DNA of 64,000 nt, from positions 135,478-199,477 of the forward strand of contig DATLOC010000053.1 of the NCBI GenBank assembly GCA_035536455.1, in the 5' to 3' direction. This document shows, piece after piece, positions 30,437-41,131 of this stretch. Numbering within the stretch: the stretch's first letter is position 1; every line of letters begins with the position of its first letter. Source of the stretch: Thermoanaerobaculia bacterium. Its GTDB lineage: Bacteria; Acidobacteriota; Thermoanaerobaculia; Multivoradales; UBA5704. Both the position numbers and the translations under genes were made by a program. The notes beneath the pieces were generated by a model. It worked only from the letters and a program-made list of their open reading frames with translations. It did no database searches and had not been told where the DNA came from.

Positions 30437-31539
30437 GCGCCCTTCCCCGCCAGCCGCACCTTCGCGCCCTGCTTGAGCCCGGCCTGCCCGGCCACCACCA
30501 GCCGGTCGCCGGCGGCGAGGCCGCCGGCCGGCTCGACGTTGGCGCGGTCCTCGAGCTTCGCTACCAGGCGCACGCGCTCGACGTGCCGGCCGTCCGGCCG
30601 CAGGCGGTAGACGAAGAGCTGGTCGTGGTCGTAGACCAGCGCCCGCTTGGGGACGAGGAGGGCGTCGGGGTGGACGGCGGTGACGAGCGCCACGTCCACG
30701 TACATGCCGGGGCGGAGCCCCTCCTGCGGCGGCACGTCGACGGTCACCTTGACGGTGCCGCTCTGCGGGTCGACCACCGGCGACAGGCGCTCGACGCGGC
30801 CGGCGAACTCGCGCCCGCCCAGGGCCGGCGCCACGATCCGCACCGTCTGGTTCGGGGCCAGCCGCCCCAGCTCCTTCTCCGGCACGTGGACGCGGGCGAC
30901 GATCGAGTCGAAGTCCACCAGCTCGAAGAGCGGCTGGTTCAGGTTGACGAAGTCGCCGACGCCGACCAGGCGGCGGGTGACGGTGCCGGAGATCGGCGCC
31001 CGCACCTCGGTGTAGCCGAGCTGCCGCCGCGCCTCCTCGCGCGCCAGCTGGAGCTGCTCGAGCTCGTAGGCGGTCTCGTTGAAGGCCTGCTCGGGGATGA
31101 GCTGGAGGGCGAAGAGCTTCTTCTGCCGCTCGTGCTCGCGCTGCGCCTGGGCGAGCTGGCTCTGGACCTTGGCGAGGGCGGTGCGCTGCTCCTCGTCCTG
31201 GAGGCGCAGCAGCGGCTGGCCGCGCCCGACCCGCCGCCCCTCCTCGACGAAGAGCTGCCGCACCTGGCGCGAGGCCTGGGCGAGGACCTCCACCTGCTCC
31301 TCGGCCTCCAGGTGGGTCGAGTAGCGGAGCACCGCCTCGATCGGCCCGCGCCCGAGCGGCGCCACCTCGACCGGCACCGCCTCGTCCTTGGGCTTGGCGT
31401 CCTTGCCGTCCTCGCCCTTCTTCTCCTCGCGGGCGGCCTTGTCGTCCGTCTCGCGGGCCTCGGCGTCCCTCTCCGAGCACCCCGCCCCGGCCAGCCCGAC
31501 GGCCGCCAGCAGCACCAACAGCCAGCATGCGCTTCTCAC
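30433..31539 (-). CDS. RND periplasmic adaptor (membrane fusion protein), lipoprotein
   Basis: GGAGGA RBS plus GTG; lipobox LAGAGC; HlyD-like coiled-coil and beta-barrel regions. Confidence 0.8.
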
Positions 31540-31744
31540 GACGTTCCTCCTCGGCCGAAAAAGGGACCGCCCCGGTGCGCGCGAAACCGAGCTGGGGCTC
31601 CAGAGCCTGCTACGTCCGGCGGAACGGGGTTGTTTCAGGGCGACCGTAACACTCGACCCCCTTTCGCGCCTACTGGAGGAAGCGAGGCCGCAAGTGCGGC
31701 GGCGCAAGGTCTCTCAAACCATCCACAAAAAAGGAGGAAGGACG

Positions 31745-31945
31745 ATGGCGGCACAACCAGCACCAGCGGCACCAGCGACACCGGCGGCACGGGCGAGGAG
31801 CAGCAACGTGCGACTGGGGATCTTCGTGGGCTTCGGCGCGCTCGTCGGCTTCGGCATCGGCTTCGGCATCGGCGGGGTCATCGGCGGCGTCATCGGCGGC
31901 GTCGTCGGCGGCATCATCGGCGGCATCATCGCCAAGTTCGACTGA
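31745..31945 (+). CDS. small glycine-zipper membrane protein (66 aa; transglycosylase-associated/YmgE-like style)
   Basis: AAGGAGGA RBS; ...GIFVGFGALVGFGIGFGIGGVIGGVIGGVVGGIIGGIIAKFD. Confidence 0.6.
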   Translation: MAAQPAPAAPATPAARARSSNVRLGIFVGFGALVGFGIGFGIGGVIGGVIGGVVGGIIGGIIAKFD

Positions 31946-31962
31946 ACCCAAGGAGACACACC

Positions 31963-32241
31963 ATGGCCAAGGAGCAACCGAAACCGGGTCAGGTCGACCG
32001 GGAGGTCGTCAAGGCGCTGCTCGACAGCGGCGCCGTCAACTTCGAAGCGATCGGGGCGGCCGTCGCCAAGTTCGGCCCCAGCCTCGCGCTCAACCCCAAC
32101 GACGAGTGGGAGAACTTCTGCCTGACGATGAAGATCTTCGTCCGGCTCTACCGGTTCCCCTTCCCGTTCGGCGAGCGCCAGAGGGGGCTGGAGGACCTCG
32201 GCGCGCTGCGCGGGGAAGTGGCGCCCGACGTCAAGGGCTAG
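31963..32241 (+). CDS. hypothetical protein (92 aa)
   Basis: AAGGAGA RBS plus ATG; MAKEQPKPGQVDREVVKALL...; shares a 17-bp direct repeat (ccttcccgttcggcgag) with the next gene's start region. Confidence 0.5.
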   Translation: MAKEQPKPGQVDREVVKALLDSGAVNFEAIGAAVAKFGPSLALNPNDEWENFCLTMKIFVRLYRFPFPFGERQRGLEDLGALRGEVAPDVKG

Positions 32242-32264
32242 CCTTCCCGTTCGGCGAGGACGAC

Positions 32265-33521
32265 ATGCACCACGGCTGGGACGAGGAGAACCTGCGGGAG
32301 CGGCTCGCCGCCTCCCTGCAGGTGGCGGCACGCGCCGTCACCCTCCTCGCTCCGGCCGGTTATGAAGCCGAGACGCAAGAGGGACTCCGGCCCGAGAAGG
32401 TGCGGGCCGAAACGGCGCTCTTCCTGCTGGCGAGCCACGCCGTCTGCGCCGCGGACCCGGACCTCGCCGCGCGCCACCGGCAGGTCGCCGAGGCGCTGGT
32501 GCCGTATGCCCGCAGCGAGCGCGTCGCGGCCATGATCGCCCTCGAGCCGGTCGTCGCCCTGGACCACGCCCTGATCCACCTCTGTCTTTCGCGCCTCGGG
32601 CTCGGCGACGAGCGGTTCGACCGCCTCCTCGCCGCGGCCCGGACGAGCCGCGCCGCGGCCGCGCGCGAGCGTCTCCCCCACCGCGACATGGAGCAGGCGT
32701 GGCTCGGACGCCTGACCGGCGCCGCCGGCGAGGAGTCCGGCCGGGGGCGCGGCCTGCCCGGCCGGTCCATCCTCGGGCGCCCGCTGGACGCTCTTTCTGC
32801 GACGGCCGACGACGTCTATGCCTTCACTCATGCCGTGTTGTTCGCCACCGACCTGGGCGCGCGGACGCCGCGGCTACCGCGCTCGGGCGCCGCGATCGCC
32901 GCCGACGCCGAAGCGGCGCTCGCCTGGTGCCTGGACGACCAGGATTACGACCTCGGCGGCGAGGTGCTGCTGACCTGGCCGCTGCTGCGGCGGCGCTGGA
33001 GCGCCGCCGCGACCTTCGGCTTCCACTGCCTCGCCCGCGTCGAGGACGAGGCCGGGTTCCTGCCGGCGCCCGTGATCTCGCTCGAGCGGCTCGCCACCCT
33101 CGCCGGCGAGGCGCGGGCGCGCTACGCCCTCGCGCTGAGCTACCACACCGTCTACGTGATGGGGCTGTTGTGCTCGCTCGCGCTCCTCCCCGGCGGCGCG
33201 CCGCCGCGCTCCATTCCGCCCGCGCGCCGCCAGTGCGGAGCGGCGGCGGCCCTCCTCGAGGTCCCCGACGCGGACGCCGAGCCGAGGCACTGGCAGGGCG
33301 TCTTCGCGGCCCTCGACGCGGCACAGCGCGACGCGCTGGCGCCCCTCCTGCTCGCCATCCGCCTGCGCCGCGCGGCTGCGCGCCGGGACCTGGCGGGCAT
33401 CCAGGAGCTGCTCAGGGCGGCCGCGCGGTTCGACCTCCTGGCGGCGCCGGCCCCGCAACAGGCGATCGAGCTCCTCCAGCGCGCGGCCCTCTTGGGCCGG
33501 CTGGGGCTCGCCACCGACTGA
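32265..33521 (+). CDS. hypothetical alpha-helical protein (418 aa)
   Basis: Open frame with protein-like composition; MHHGWDEENLRERLAAS...; no motif recognised. Confidence 0.45.
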   Translation: MHHGWDEENLRERLAASLQVAARAVTLLAPAGYEAETQEGLRPEKVRAETALFLLASHAVCAADPDLAARHRQVAEALVPYARSERVAAMIALEPVVALDHALIHLCLSRLGLGDERFDRLLAAARTSRAAAARERLPHRDMEQAWLGRLTGAAGEESGRGRGLPGRSILGRPLDALSATADDVYAFTHAVLFATDLGARTPRLPRSGAAIAADAEAALAWCLDDQDYDLGGEVLLTWPLLRRRWSAAATFGFHCLARVEDEAGFLPAPVISLERLATLAGEARARYALALSYHTVYVMGLLCSLALLPGGAPPRSIPPARRQCGAAAALLEVPDADAEPRHWQGVFAALDAAQRDALAPLLLAIRLRRAAARRDLAGIQELLRAAARFDLLAAPAPQQAIELLQRAALLGRLGLATD

Positions 33522-33568
33522 CTAGCTGACCGTCTTCCGGAACGCCCAGGGCGCCGCGTCCAAGAGGC

Positions 33569-33787
33569 TCAGGCAGTCGATCTCCAGGACATCGAGAGTC
33601 GCTTCCCCGAAGCGGCGCACTCCTGGAGATAGAGATTGATCAGCGTCTGGTAGGGAACCCCGACCTCCTCCGAGAGCCTCTTGAAGTAGTCCAAGGTCGG
33701 AACGTCCAAGCGGATCGTGATCTGCTTCTTCAGCCGTTTGGCGTACGGGTTGGGACGGGCCTTGGAAAAGTCGTAGCGCTTCCTCAT
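33569..33787 (-). CDS. brnA: BrnA-family antitoxin (RHH)
   Basis: MRKRYDFSKARPNPYAKRLKKQITIRLDVPTLDYFK is a typical BrnA pattern. 4-nt overlap with brnT. Locally lower GC. Confidence 0.75.
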   Translation of the reverse strand: MRKRYDFSKARPNPYAKRLKKQITIRLDVPTLDYFKRLSEEVGVPYQTLINLYLQECAASGKRLSMSWRSTA

Positions 33788-34080
33788 CGCCGCAGTCTCC
33801 GGTTGTACTCCTCTCGCTCGTGACGGTCGGCCTTGCGTGCCGAGATGATCCGGATGACTTCCTCCCTTACCCGGTAGCAGTGAGACACGACCACGGTACG
33901 TAGCCGGATGCTGAGTCCCAAGAGCACGAACCGATCCTCCTCCTCCGAGTGGTCCGGGTCGGCGAGCAACAGGGCGTTCTCGTCGTAGAAGACACTCGCG
34001 CCTTCCTCGAAGGAGATGCCGTGCTTCCGGCGGTTGGCGGCATCCTTGGCCTCATCCCACTCGAACCGTAGCTCTCCCAC
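33784..34080 (-). CDS. brnT: BrnT-family toxin (DUF497 RNase)
   Basis: FEWDEAKDAANRRKHGISFEEGASVF. Confidence 0.75.
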   Translation of the reverse strand: MGELRFEWDEAKDAANRRKHGISFEEGASVFYDENALLLADPDHSEEEDRFVLLGLSIRLRTVVVSHCYRVREEVIRIISARKADRHEREEYNRRLRR

Positions 34081-34122
34081 GGAACTACAGCATAACTACG
34101 CTGTAGTGGCGGAGGCAAGCCT

Positions 34123-35229
34123 CTAACTCACGGTCTTCCGGAACGCCCGCGCGCTGCCGAGCACCAGGACGGTGGCGATGGCGAGGAGGGCGGCGACGTG
34201 CTGCCAGAGGTCGAGGAAGCCGGCGCCGCGGATGACGATGCCGCGGGAGATGGCGATGAAGTGGGTGGCGGGCAGGACCTGCGCCACCCACTGAAGCGGC
34301 CCGGGGAGCGACGAGAGCGGGAAGATGTAGCCCGAGAGCATGATCGAGGGGAGCAGCACCATCTGCGCGATCTGCGTCGCCTCCATCTGCGTCTTGGCGC
34401 GCGCCGAGATCAGCAGGCCCAGCGACAGGAGAGCGAAGAGGTAGACCGCGGCTAGCCCGAGGAGGAGCGGCACGCTGCCGTGGATCGGCACGCGGAAGAC
34501 CGTGGACATGAGCGCCAGCACCACCAGGAGCTGGAGGAAGGAGAGGGCGAGGTAGGGCAGGAGCTTGCCGAACACCACTGCGATCGGCGAGGCCGGCGTC
34601 ACCATGAGCTGCTCGAGCGTGCCGCGCTCGCGCTCCCGGACGATGGCGTAGGCCGAGAGGAGCGTCCCCGAGAAGGTCAGGAGGATGGCGATCAGCCCCG
34701 GGATCAGCAGGTTCGCGCTCCGCGAGTCGGGGTTGAAGAGGAGCTGCGGCCGCGCCTCCAGCGGCAGCTCGTCGATCCCCTGCTCGCGCGCCAACTGCTC
34801 GAGCGACCGCGAGAGCGTCAGCCCGTTCGTCGCCGCGAGGGCCTGCGACGAGAGACTGGAGTCCGAGCCGTCGATCAGCACCAGGACGCGCGCCGCCCCT
34901 CCGTAGAGCCGCCGGCGGGCGAAGTCGGGCGGCACCTCGATCCCCACCGACGCCTCGCCGGCCACGATCGCCTCGCGCAGCGCCGCCCGCGACGGCACGT
35001 AACGCTCGACGGCGAAGAGCCCCGTGCTCTGGAAGGCGGCGAGGAGCTCGCGGCTCTCGGCGCTGCGGCTCTGGTCGAAGACCGCGGTCGGCACGTCGGT
35101 GACGTTGGTGTCGATCAAGCCGAAGAGGACGAGCTGGAAGACCGGCAGAGCGAGGGCGAAGCGCAGGGTGCCGCGGTCGCGCACCATCTGCAGGCCCTCC
35201 TTGCGCAGGACCGCCCCGAAGCCCCTCAC
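34123..35229 (-). CDS. ABC-2 family transporter permease
   Basis: GTG (GTGA overlap) [29 protein letters not shown]; six TM helices at the C-terminus. Confidence 0.8.
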   Translation of the reverse strand: MRGFGAVLRKEGLQMVRDRGTLRFALALPVFQLVLFGLIDTNVTDVPTAVFDQSRSAESRELLAAFQSTGLFAVERYVPSRAALREAIVAGEASVGIEVPPDFARRRLYGGAARVLVLIDGSDSSLSSQALAATNGLTLSRSLEQLAREQGIDELPLEARPQLLFNPDSRSANLLIPGLIAILLTFSGTLLSAYAIVRERERGTLEQLMVTPASPIAVVFGKLLPYLALSFLQLLVVLALMSTVFRVPIHGSVPLLLGLAAVYLFALLSLGLLISARAKTQMEATQIAQMVLLPSIMLSGYIFPLSSLPGPLQWVAQVLPATHFIAISRGIVIRGAGFLDLWQHVAALLAIATVLVLGSARAFRKTVS

Positions 35230-36257
35230 CGCGCCGCTCCCGCCGCCGCCGGCGCCACGCCCGCGGCCTTGCCGTCGCCTTGCATCGCCGTGAGCCGCAC
35301 GAAGACGTCCTCCAGGCTGGGCTCGATCGGGCGGACGCGCACGTCGGAGCGCCCGGCGGCCTCGAGGTCGCGCTCGATCGTCTCGTCGGGCACGCCGGCG
35401 TCGACCAGCAGGTGGAGGGCGTTGCCGAAGATCGTCACCTCCTGGACGTAGGGGAGCGACCGCGCCCGCCCCATGACCGCCGCCGCGCCGAGGTCGCACT
35501 CGGCCTCCACCCGCCGCGTCCCCGTCGGCGTCACCTCCGGCCGCCGCGTCAGCTCGTCCGGGCGGCCCTCGACGAGGAGGCGGGCCATGTAGAGGTAGCC
35601 GACGGTGCCGCAGCGCTCGGCCTCGTCCATGTAGTGGGTGGTGACGAGGAGGGTCACGCCCTCGGCGGCGAGCTCGAAGAGGAGGTTCCAGAGCTCGCGC
35701 CGCGCCACCGGGTCGATGCCGGCGGTCGGCTCGTCGAGGAAGAGGACGCGCGGCCGGTGCATGACCGCGGCGGCGAGCGACAGGCGCTGCTTCCAGCCGC
35801 CGGAGAGCTGGCCGGCGAGGCGGTCGAGGTAGGGGGCGATGCCGGTCAGCTCGATCGCCCACCGCCGCCGCTCGCGCGCCGTCTCGCCGGCCAGGCCGTA
35901 GACCGAGGCGAAGAAGTCCAGGTTCTCGGCCACCGACAGGTCCTCGTAGAGCGAGAAGCGCTGCGGCACGTAGCCGATGCGCGCCCGCACTTCCTCCCCT
36001 TGCGTGGCGACGTCGAGGCCGTCCACCGAAGCGCGCCCGGCGGTCGGGGCCAGGAGGCCGCAGAGGATGCGGATGAGGGTGGACTTGCCCGAGCCGTTGG
36101 GGCCGAGGAGGCCGTAGATCTCGCCGCGGTGGACGCGCAGCGAGACGCCGTCGAGGGCGCGCACGCGGCCGAAGTCCTTGACGATCTTCTCGGCCTCGAT
36201 CCCCCAGCCGCCGGCGGCCGCCGAGGCCGCCACACCGGGTTCACCGGGCTCGCTCAC
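35226..36257 (-). CDS. ABC transporter ATP-binding protein
   Basis: GGAGGAG RBS plus GTG; Walker [10 protein letters not shown]; signature LSGGWKQRL; Walker B LFLDEP. Confidence 0.85.
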   Translation of the reverse strand: MSEPGEPGVAASAAAGGWGIEAEKIVKDFGRVRALDGVSLRVHRGEIYGLLGPNGSGKSTLIRILCGLLAPTAGRASVDGLDVATQGEEVRARIGYVPQRFSLYEDLSVAENLDFFASVYGLAGETARERRRWAIELTGIAPYLDRLAGQLSGGWKQRLSLAAAVMHRPRVLFLDEPTAGIDPVARRELWNLLFELAAEGVTLLVTTHYMDEAERCGTVGYLYMARLLVEGRPDELTRRPEVTPTGTRRVEAECDLGAAAVMGRARSLPYVQEVTIFGNALHLLVDAGVPDETIERDLEAAGRSDVRVRPIEPSLEDVFVRLTAMQGDGKAAGVAPAAAGAAR

Positions 36258-37189
36258 CGCTCCTCCAGGTGCACCAGCGCCGCCATCCCCGCCTTGAGCT
36301 CCGGCGCCGCTTCCACCTCCACCTTGACGCCGAAGACCTGCTCGGCCCGCTGCTCCAGGGTCTGGACGTTGCGCGGCGTGTACTCGGCCTGGTCGCGGAT
36401 CTCGACGATGCGGCCGCGGAAGCGGCGCTCGGGGAAGCTGTCCACCGTCACCGCCGCCGGCTGGCCGACGCGCACGCGGCCGAGCGCGGGCTCCGGGACG
36501 TAGACGCGCACCCAGAGCTGCCCGGCCTCGAGCAGCGCGGCCACCGGGCGGTTGGCCGGCACCAGGTCGCCGGGCCGCAGGTCGAGGCTCTCGACGACGC
36601 CGGCCGCCGGCGCCGCGACCAGCGTCTCCTGCCGCTGCCGCTCGAGCAGCGCCAGCCGCGTTTCCTCGCGCGCCAGCGCCGCCCGCGCTCCCGCCACGTC
36701 CTCCTCGCGGCCGCCGCTCTCGGCCTCGCGCAGGGTCTCGCGGGCGGTGGCGGCGCGCACCGTCGCGGCGTCGTAGTCGCGGCGCGGGATCACCCCCTGC
36801 CGCCAGAGCGCCTCGAAGCGGCGGCGGTCGGTCTCGGCGGCCCGGTACTCGATCTCGGCGCGGCGCACCGCCTCGCTCCTCGGCCCGCGCTCGGTGCGGG
36901 CGAGGGACGCCCGCGCCTCCTCGATCCGCGCCCGCTGCTCGGCGACCTCCAGGTTGCGCAGGTCGGAGTCGAAGCGGACGATGGGCTGGCCGGCCGCCAC
37001 CCGGTCCCCCTCCTCGACGTAGACCTCCAGTACCCGCCCGCCGACCAGCGACCCCACCTCCACCGTCCGCGCCTCCAGCGACCCCGAGAGGATCAGCCCC
37101 TCGCGGTCGCGCCGGGCGGCTCGCCAGAGCCAGACGCCGGCGGCGGCGACGGCGAGGAGGAGGACGGCGACGGCGGCGCGGCGCTTCAT
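36254..37189 (-). CDS. HlyD-family secretion/adaptor protein
   Basis: N-terminal TM; coiled-coil; stop overlaps the ATPase start. Confidence 0.75.
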   Translation of the reverse strand: MKRRAAVAVLLLAVAAAGVWLWRAARRDREGLILSGSLEARTVEVGSLVGGRVLEVYVEEGDRVAAGQPIVRFDSDLRNLEVAEQRARIEEARASLARTERGPRSEAVRRAEIEYRAAETDRRRFEALWRQGVIPRRDYDAATVRAATARETLREAESGGREEDVAGARAALAREETRLALLERQRQETLVAAPAAGVVESLDLRPGDLVPANRPVAALLEAGQLWVRVYVPEPALGRVRVGQPAAVTVDSFPERRFRGRIVEIRDQAEYTPRNVQTLEQRAEQVFGVKVEVEAAPELKAGMAALVHLEER

Positions 37190-37263
37190 CGTGGGGGTTC
37201 GAGCCGCCGGCAGTGTATCCCCGGGCAGTCTTCTTGCTTGACTCGGCCGCGAGGCCGCCCCCC

Positions 37264-37722
37264 ATGCACCCCCCCGACAGCTCGCAGTGGGTCCTCCAGC
37301 TCGTCTGGCTCTTCGCCCTGGCGCTGCCGGTCGCCTGCGTCGCCTGGACGGTCACCCACGAGGAGGTCTTCAAAGAGCCGCGCGAGTGGTGCGAACGGAA
37401 GTCCAAGACGGCGCGCTCGCTCCTCGCCCGCAAGTTCTTCTACCTCTTCACCTGCGAGTACTGCTTCAGCCACTACGTGACGATCTTCTTCCTCGTCGTG
37501 ACGCGCTACCGACTGCTCCTCGACGACTGGCGCGGCTACCTGATCGCCTTCTTCGCCCTGGTCGCGGTGGCCAACAGCTACATGAGCGCCTTCGGCCGCC
37601 TCCGCCAGGAGGTCAAGTCCGAGAAGCTGGAGGCCGAGACGAAGGAGAAGGTGCTCGAGAAGGTGGAGCTGGAGGTTGAGCGGCGGGCGGAGGAGAAGCG
37701 GCGGCCGGCCCGTGCGCGCTAG
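37264..37722 (+). CDS. hypothetical membrane protein with a charged coiled-coil tail
   Basis: [23 protein letters not shown]...; divergent from the HlyD operon. Confidence 0.5.
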   Translation: MHPPDSSQWVLQLVWLFALALPVACVAWTVTHEEVFKEPREWCERKSKTARSLLARKFFYLFTCEYCFSHYVTIFFLVVTRYRLLLDDWRGYLIAFFALVAVANSYMSAFGRLRQEVKSEKLEAETKEKVLEKVELEVERRAEEKRRPARAR

Positions 37723-38198
37723 GCGCCCGTGCCGGGCACGGCGACCTCGTCCTCCCGCCACTCCTGGCCGCAGCCGCGGCAGCTCCAGCGCCGGTGCAGG
37801 ACCGGCACCGGAAACCCCAGCAGCAGCCAGGCGGCGACGAAGGCTTTGAGCGACCAGCGGCGGTAGCGCAGCTCGGCCGAATGGCAGCCGGGGCAGCGCC
37901 GCACCGTCACCTCTTCCCCCTCCTCGACCAGGTAGATCTCCGGCAGCGACTCCTCGCGCGCCAGCTCCGCCGCCGCGGCCTCCAGGTCCTGGCGGCGGAC
38001 CTGGAGCTTGACGCCGCCGACCGCCTGGGAGACCGCCCAGACGATGCGGACCGTGTGCTCGTCGGCGACGCTGGCCTCGATCCCCGCCGACTCCAGCCGC
38101 GCCTTGCCGAGGAGCGCTTCCCAGGGCGTGGTGAAGGCCGCCACGGTCACCCGCGGCTCGAGGCCGTAGGCGGGCTGGGGCTCGGGCTCGGCGTTCAC
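37719..38198 (-). CDS. DUF2007-like putative signal-transducing protein with a C-terminal zinc ribbon and TM
   Basis: GTG in GTGA overlap; VNAEPEPQP...CPGCHS...CRGCG. Confidence 0.5.
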   Translation of the reverse strand: MNAEPEPQPAYGLEPRVTVAAFTTPWEALLGKARLESAGIEASVADEHTVRIVWAVSQAVGGVKLQVRRQDLEAAAAELAREESLPEIYLVEEGEEVTVRRCPGCHSAELRYRRWSLKAFVAAWLLLGFPVPVLHRRWSCRGCGQEWREDEVAVPGTGA

Positions 38199-38377
38199 GG
38201 CGCCACGCCCCCTTCGCTCAGGAGGTTCCCGATCCACCAGAGGAGGGCGGCGAAGAGGAGGAGCACGGAGAGGGCGGCGCCGGCGGCCACCACCCGGCCG
38301 AGCGGCCCGCGCAGCGCGAGGTAGGCGAGGACCGCCGCGAGCAGCGCGAAGACGCCGAAGACCAGCGTCGCCAGCAC
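38195..38377 (-). CDS. small hydrophobic membrane protein (60 aa)
   Basis: TAGGTG junction with xseB; MLATLVFGVFALLAAVLAYLAL... Confidence 0.4.
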   Translation of the reverse strand: MLATLVFGVFALLAAVLAYLALRGPLGRVVAAGAALSVLLLFAALLWWIGNLLSEGGVAP

Positions 38378-38608
38378 CTAGCCCGCCCCCTCGCCCTCGC
38401 GCCCCTCGATCCCCTGCACGATCTGCGTCACCTCGACCTCGGCGCGGCGGATCTTGGCGCGGCAGACCTCGAGCAGCTCGGCTGCCCGGCGCAGCTCCTC
38501 GGCCAGGCGGTCGACGTCCACCTCCTCCCCCTCGATGCGGGCGAGGATGCGCTCCAGCTCGTCGATCGCCTCGCGGAAGCTCGGGCCGGCCTGCGGCTCG
38601 CTGCTCAT
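38378..38608 (-). CDS. xseB: exodeoxyribonuclease VII small subunit
   Basis: SFREAIDELERILARIEGEEVDVDRLAEELRRAAELLEVCRAKI. Confidence 0.8.
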   Translation of the reverse strand: MSSEPQAGPSFREAIDELERILARIEGEEVDVDRLAEELRRAAELLEVCRAKIRRAEVEVTQIVQGIEGREGEGAG

Positions 38609-39849
38609 CCCTGCTCCTCCACCACCCGGCTGCGCAGAGCGCCCGCGGCGAGGCGGGTGACCAGCAGCTCGCCGGCGCCGGTGCGCGCGGCGTCGCGCAG
38701 GAGGGCCCCGTCCGCCGTACGGGTGATCGAGAAGCCGCGCGCCAGGGTGCGCTCGGGGCCGAGCTGCCGGCAGAGGCGCTCGAGGCCCTCGGTGCGCCGG
38801 GCGGCGGCGCGCAGGACGCCCTGCCCGGCGCGGCCGAGCGCCCGCCCCAGCTCGGCCACCCGCGCTCCCCGGCCGGCGAGGCGCAGCCGCGCCAGCCGCA
38901 CGCCGCGCTCGGCCCGCCCCAGCGCCTCGCGCCCGGCGCGCAAGGGCGCGGTGCCCTGGCGCAGCAGGGCCTGGCGCAACTTGACAAGCCGCTGCTCGGC
39001 CCGCGCCACTCGCTCGACCAGCAGCTCCGCCGCCTTGGTCGGGGTCTTCACCGCGGTGTGGGCGACTAGGTCGGCGATGGCGTGGTCGATCTCGTGGCCG
39101 AGGCCGGTCAGCACCGGGAAAGGCGCCCGCGCCACCGCCTCGGCGACGGCGCGGCTGTCGAAGGCGGCGAGGTCGGCGCGGGAGCCGCCGCCGCGCACCA
39201 GCACCGCGCAGTCGACCGCCGCGCGGGCCAGCGCCGCCAGCGCCGAGACCACCTCGCGCTCCGCCTCCCGCCCCTGCACGGAGACGTGGACGAAGACGAC
39301 GCGGAAGCCGTAGCCGCTCTCGGCGAGGCCGGAGAGGAAGTCGTGGTAGGCGGCGCTGCCTTTTGAAGTGACGAGGGCGACGCTCAGTGGCAGGTCAGGG
39401 AGGAGCAGCGCGCGGTTGCGCTCGAGGAGGCCGGCGGCGGCGAGGGCGGCGAGAGTTTCGCGCCGGCGCCGCTCGAGCTGCCCCAAGGTGAACGCCGGGT
39501 CCACCTCGCGCACGCAGAGCTGCACCTTGCCGCCGGCGGCGAAGAAGTCGAGGTTGCCGCGCAGCCGCACCTCCTGGCCGTCGGCGAGCTCTTGTCCCGA
39601 GCGGGCGAGGAAGCGCGCCACCCGCTGGTGGTCGGTCTTCCACAGCACCGCCTCGAGCTTCCCCACCACCTCGTCGTCCGCCCCCTTCTCGACCAGCTCG
39701 CAGTAGAGGTGGCCGCGCGGGCTGGCTTTCACCCGCTGCAGCTCGCCGATCACCCAGACGCTCGGGAAGGCCGAGGCCAGCAGCCCCTTGACCTCCCCGC
39801 ACAGCTCGGAGACGGTGTAGGTGGTCTCGAAGAGGGCGAGCGTGCTCAA
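38605..39849 (-). CDS. xseA: exodeoxyribonuclease VII large subunit
   Basis: TTG start in TTGA overlap; OB fold LSTLALFETTYTVSELCGEVK...; 414 aa. Confidence 0.8.
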   Translation of the reverse strand: MSTLALFETTYTVSELCGEVKGLLASAFPSVWVIGELQRVKASPRGHLYCELVEKGADDEVVGKLEAVLWKTDHQRVARFLARSGQELADGQEVRLRGNLDFFAAGGKVQLCVREVDPAFTLGQLERRRRETLAALAAAGLLERNRALLLPDLPLSVALVTSKGSAAYHDFLSGLAESGYGFRVVFVHVSVQGREAEREVVSALAALARAAVDCAVLVRGGGSRADLAAFDSRAVAEAVARAPFPVLTGLGHEIDHAIADLVAHTAVKTPTKAAELLVERVARAEQRLVKLRQALLRQGTAPLRAGREALGRAERGVRLARLRLAGRGARVAELGRALGRAGQGVLRAAARRTEGLERLCRQLGPERTLARGFSITRTADGALLRDAARTGAGELLVTRLAAGALRSRVVEEQG

Positions 39850-40394
39850 TGCGGGGACTTGAGCTCCTTCGAGGTCCCGAGCGGGATCGACTCCGCCCAC
39901 TCGATCGCCTTCTTCTCGCCGGCGGTCAGCTTGGAGAGGAAGTCCACCGCCTCGTCGCGCTCGCGGAAGAGGCGCCAGATGAAGGTGTGGCCGGCGGGGG
40001 CGGTGAAGTAGGTGTAGTGCTTCGAGCCGTTCGAGAGGTCGAAGCCCAGGTTGGCCTCGCCGTTGACGCCGACGCAGGCCAGGGCGATCGCCCGGCAGGC
40101 CAGGGCCAGCGCTTTGATCTCGTCCTCGTAGTCCGACAGCTCCTCGCGCGACAGCGGCGAGTGGAAGAGGGAGACCCGCGTCCCGTCCTCCTCGGCGAGC
40201 AGGGTGTAGGGGATGTCGTTGCGGTCCATCGCGTCCTTGGTCTCGGCGGTGGTGACGAAGACGTCCTCGGTGCCGTGGACCTTGTAGGTGATGGCGTAGA
40301 CGTCCTTGTCGAGCTGGGCGAAGCTCTCGGCGAGGATCGATTCGTCTTCGATGGTGAAGTAGAAGAGGCGGTTGCGCGTGCGGCGTGCGGTCAT
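39846..40394 (-). CDS. hypothetical protein (182 aa)
   Basis: Protein-like ORF, MTARRTRNRLFYFTIEDESILAESFAQLDKDVYAI... Confidence 0.5.
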   Translation of the reverse strand: MTARRTRNRLFYFTIEDESILAESFAQLDKDVYAITYKVHGTEDVFVTTAETKDAMDRNDIPYTLLAEEDGTRVSLFHSPLSREELSDYEDEIKALALACRAIALACVGVNGEANLGFDLSNGSKHYTYFTAPAGHTFIWRLFRERDEAVDFLSKLTAGEKKAIEWAESIPLGTSKELKSPH

Positions 40395-40473
40395 GCGGGG
40401 GACTCCTGGGGTTGGGATGGGCGGCCGGCCGGGACCTTCCCGGCCGCCGCGAACACGTCAATATATCAAATGG

Positions 40474-41130
40474 TTAGCCGGCGGTCCTGCGGAGGTACTC
40501 GTCGAGCAGGCGCCGCTCGTCGCGGGTCAGCGTGGCCTCGGGCAGCACCAGGCTCTCGCCGGCGCGCGGCAGCTCGACGACCAGGGTGTTGACCGCCCGC
40601 TCGACGCCCGAGCAGTCCATCGCCAACCCGGGCACCAGGGCCATCGAGGCGCAGAGGTCGACGAGGCCGTCGCCGACGCCGCTGCGCACGCTCACCGAGA
40701 CCCGCTTCGGGAGCTGCTCGGGGGTGATCCGGTAGCCGCCTTCGATGCGCGCCACCTTCGCCCGCCCTTCCAGGGTCTTGGTCTGGCGCGGCATCCGCAC
40801 CTCGTCCTCCAGCCGCCGCGTCACCCCGCCCATCGTCACGTCCGCCACCAGCCAGCCGGTGCCCTCGAAGGTCAGGGTCAGCTCGGCGGCGTGGCTGCCG
40901 CCGGCCCCCGGCTCCAGGCGGAGGAGGTGGTCGCGCACGGTGACGGCGTTGCGCGGCGAGGCCAGGCGGAGGGTCATGTCCCCCTCCTCCAGGACGGCGA
41001 TCTCGGGCGCCAGGTCGCGGTAGGTGCGGTTGGCGCGCTCCAGGCGGAGGCGCAGGCCCGGCTCGGGGACCGGGGTCGGCGCCGCGCCGAGGAGCAGCAG
41101 GGCGGCGAGCGGCAGGAGCGCGCGCTTCAC
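40474..41130 (-). CDS. secreted hypothetical protein
   Basis: Signal peptide MKRALLPLAALLLLGAAPTP. Confidence 0.55.
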   Translation of the reverse strand: MKRALLPLAALLLLGAAPTPVPEPGLRLRLERANRTYRDLAPEIAVLEEGDMTLRLASPRNAVTVRDHLLRLEPGAGGSHAAELTLTFEGTGWLVADVTMGGVTRRLEDEVRMPRQTKTLEGRAKVARIEGGYRITPEQLPKRVSVSVRSGVGDGLVDLCASMALVPGLAMDCSGVERAVNTLVVELPRAGESLVLPEATLTRDERRLLDEYLRRTAG

Positions 41131-41131
41131 G

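Noticed and set aside
37190-37215. tRNA-like 'GGGGGTTCGAGCC' T-loop-like string
   Set aside because: Flanking sequence cannot form T-stem or acceptor-stem pairing. It is probably HlyD 5' UTR.
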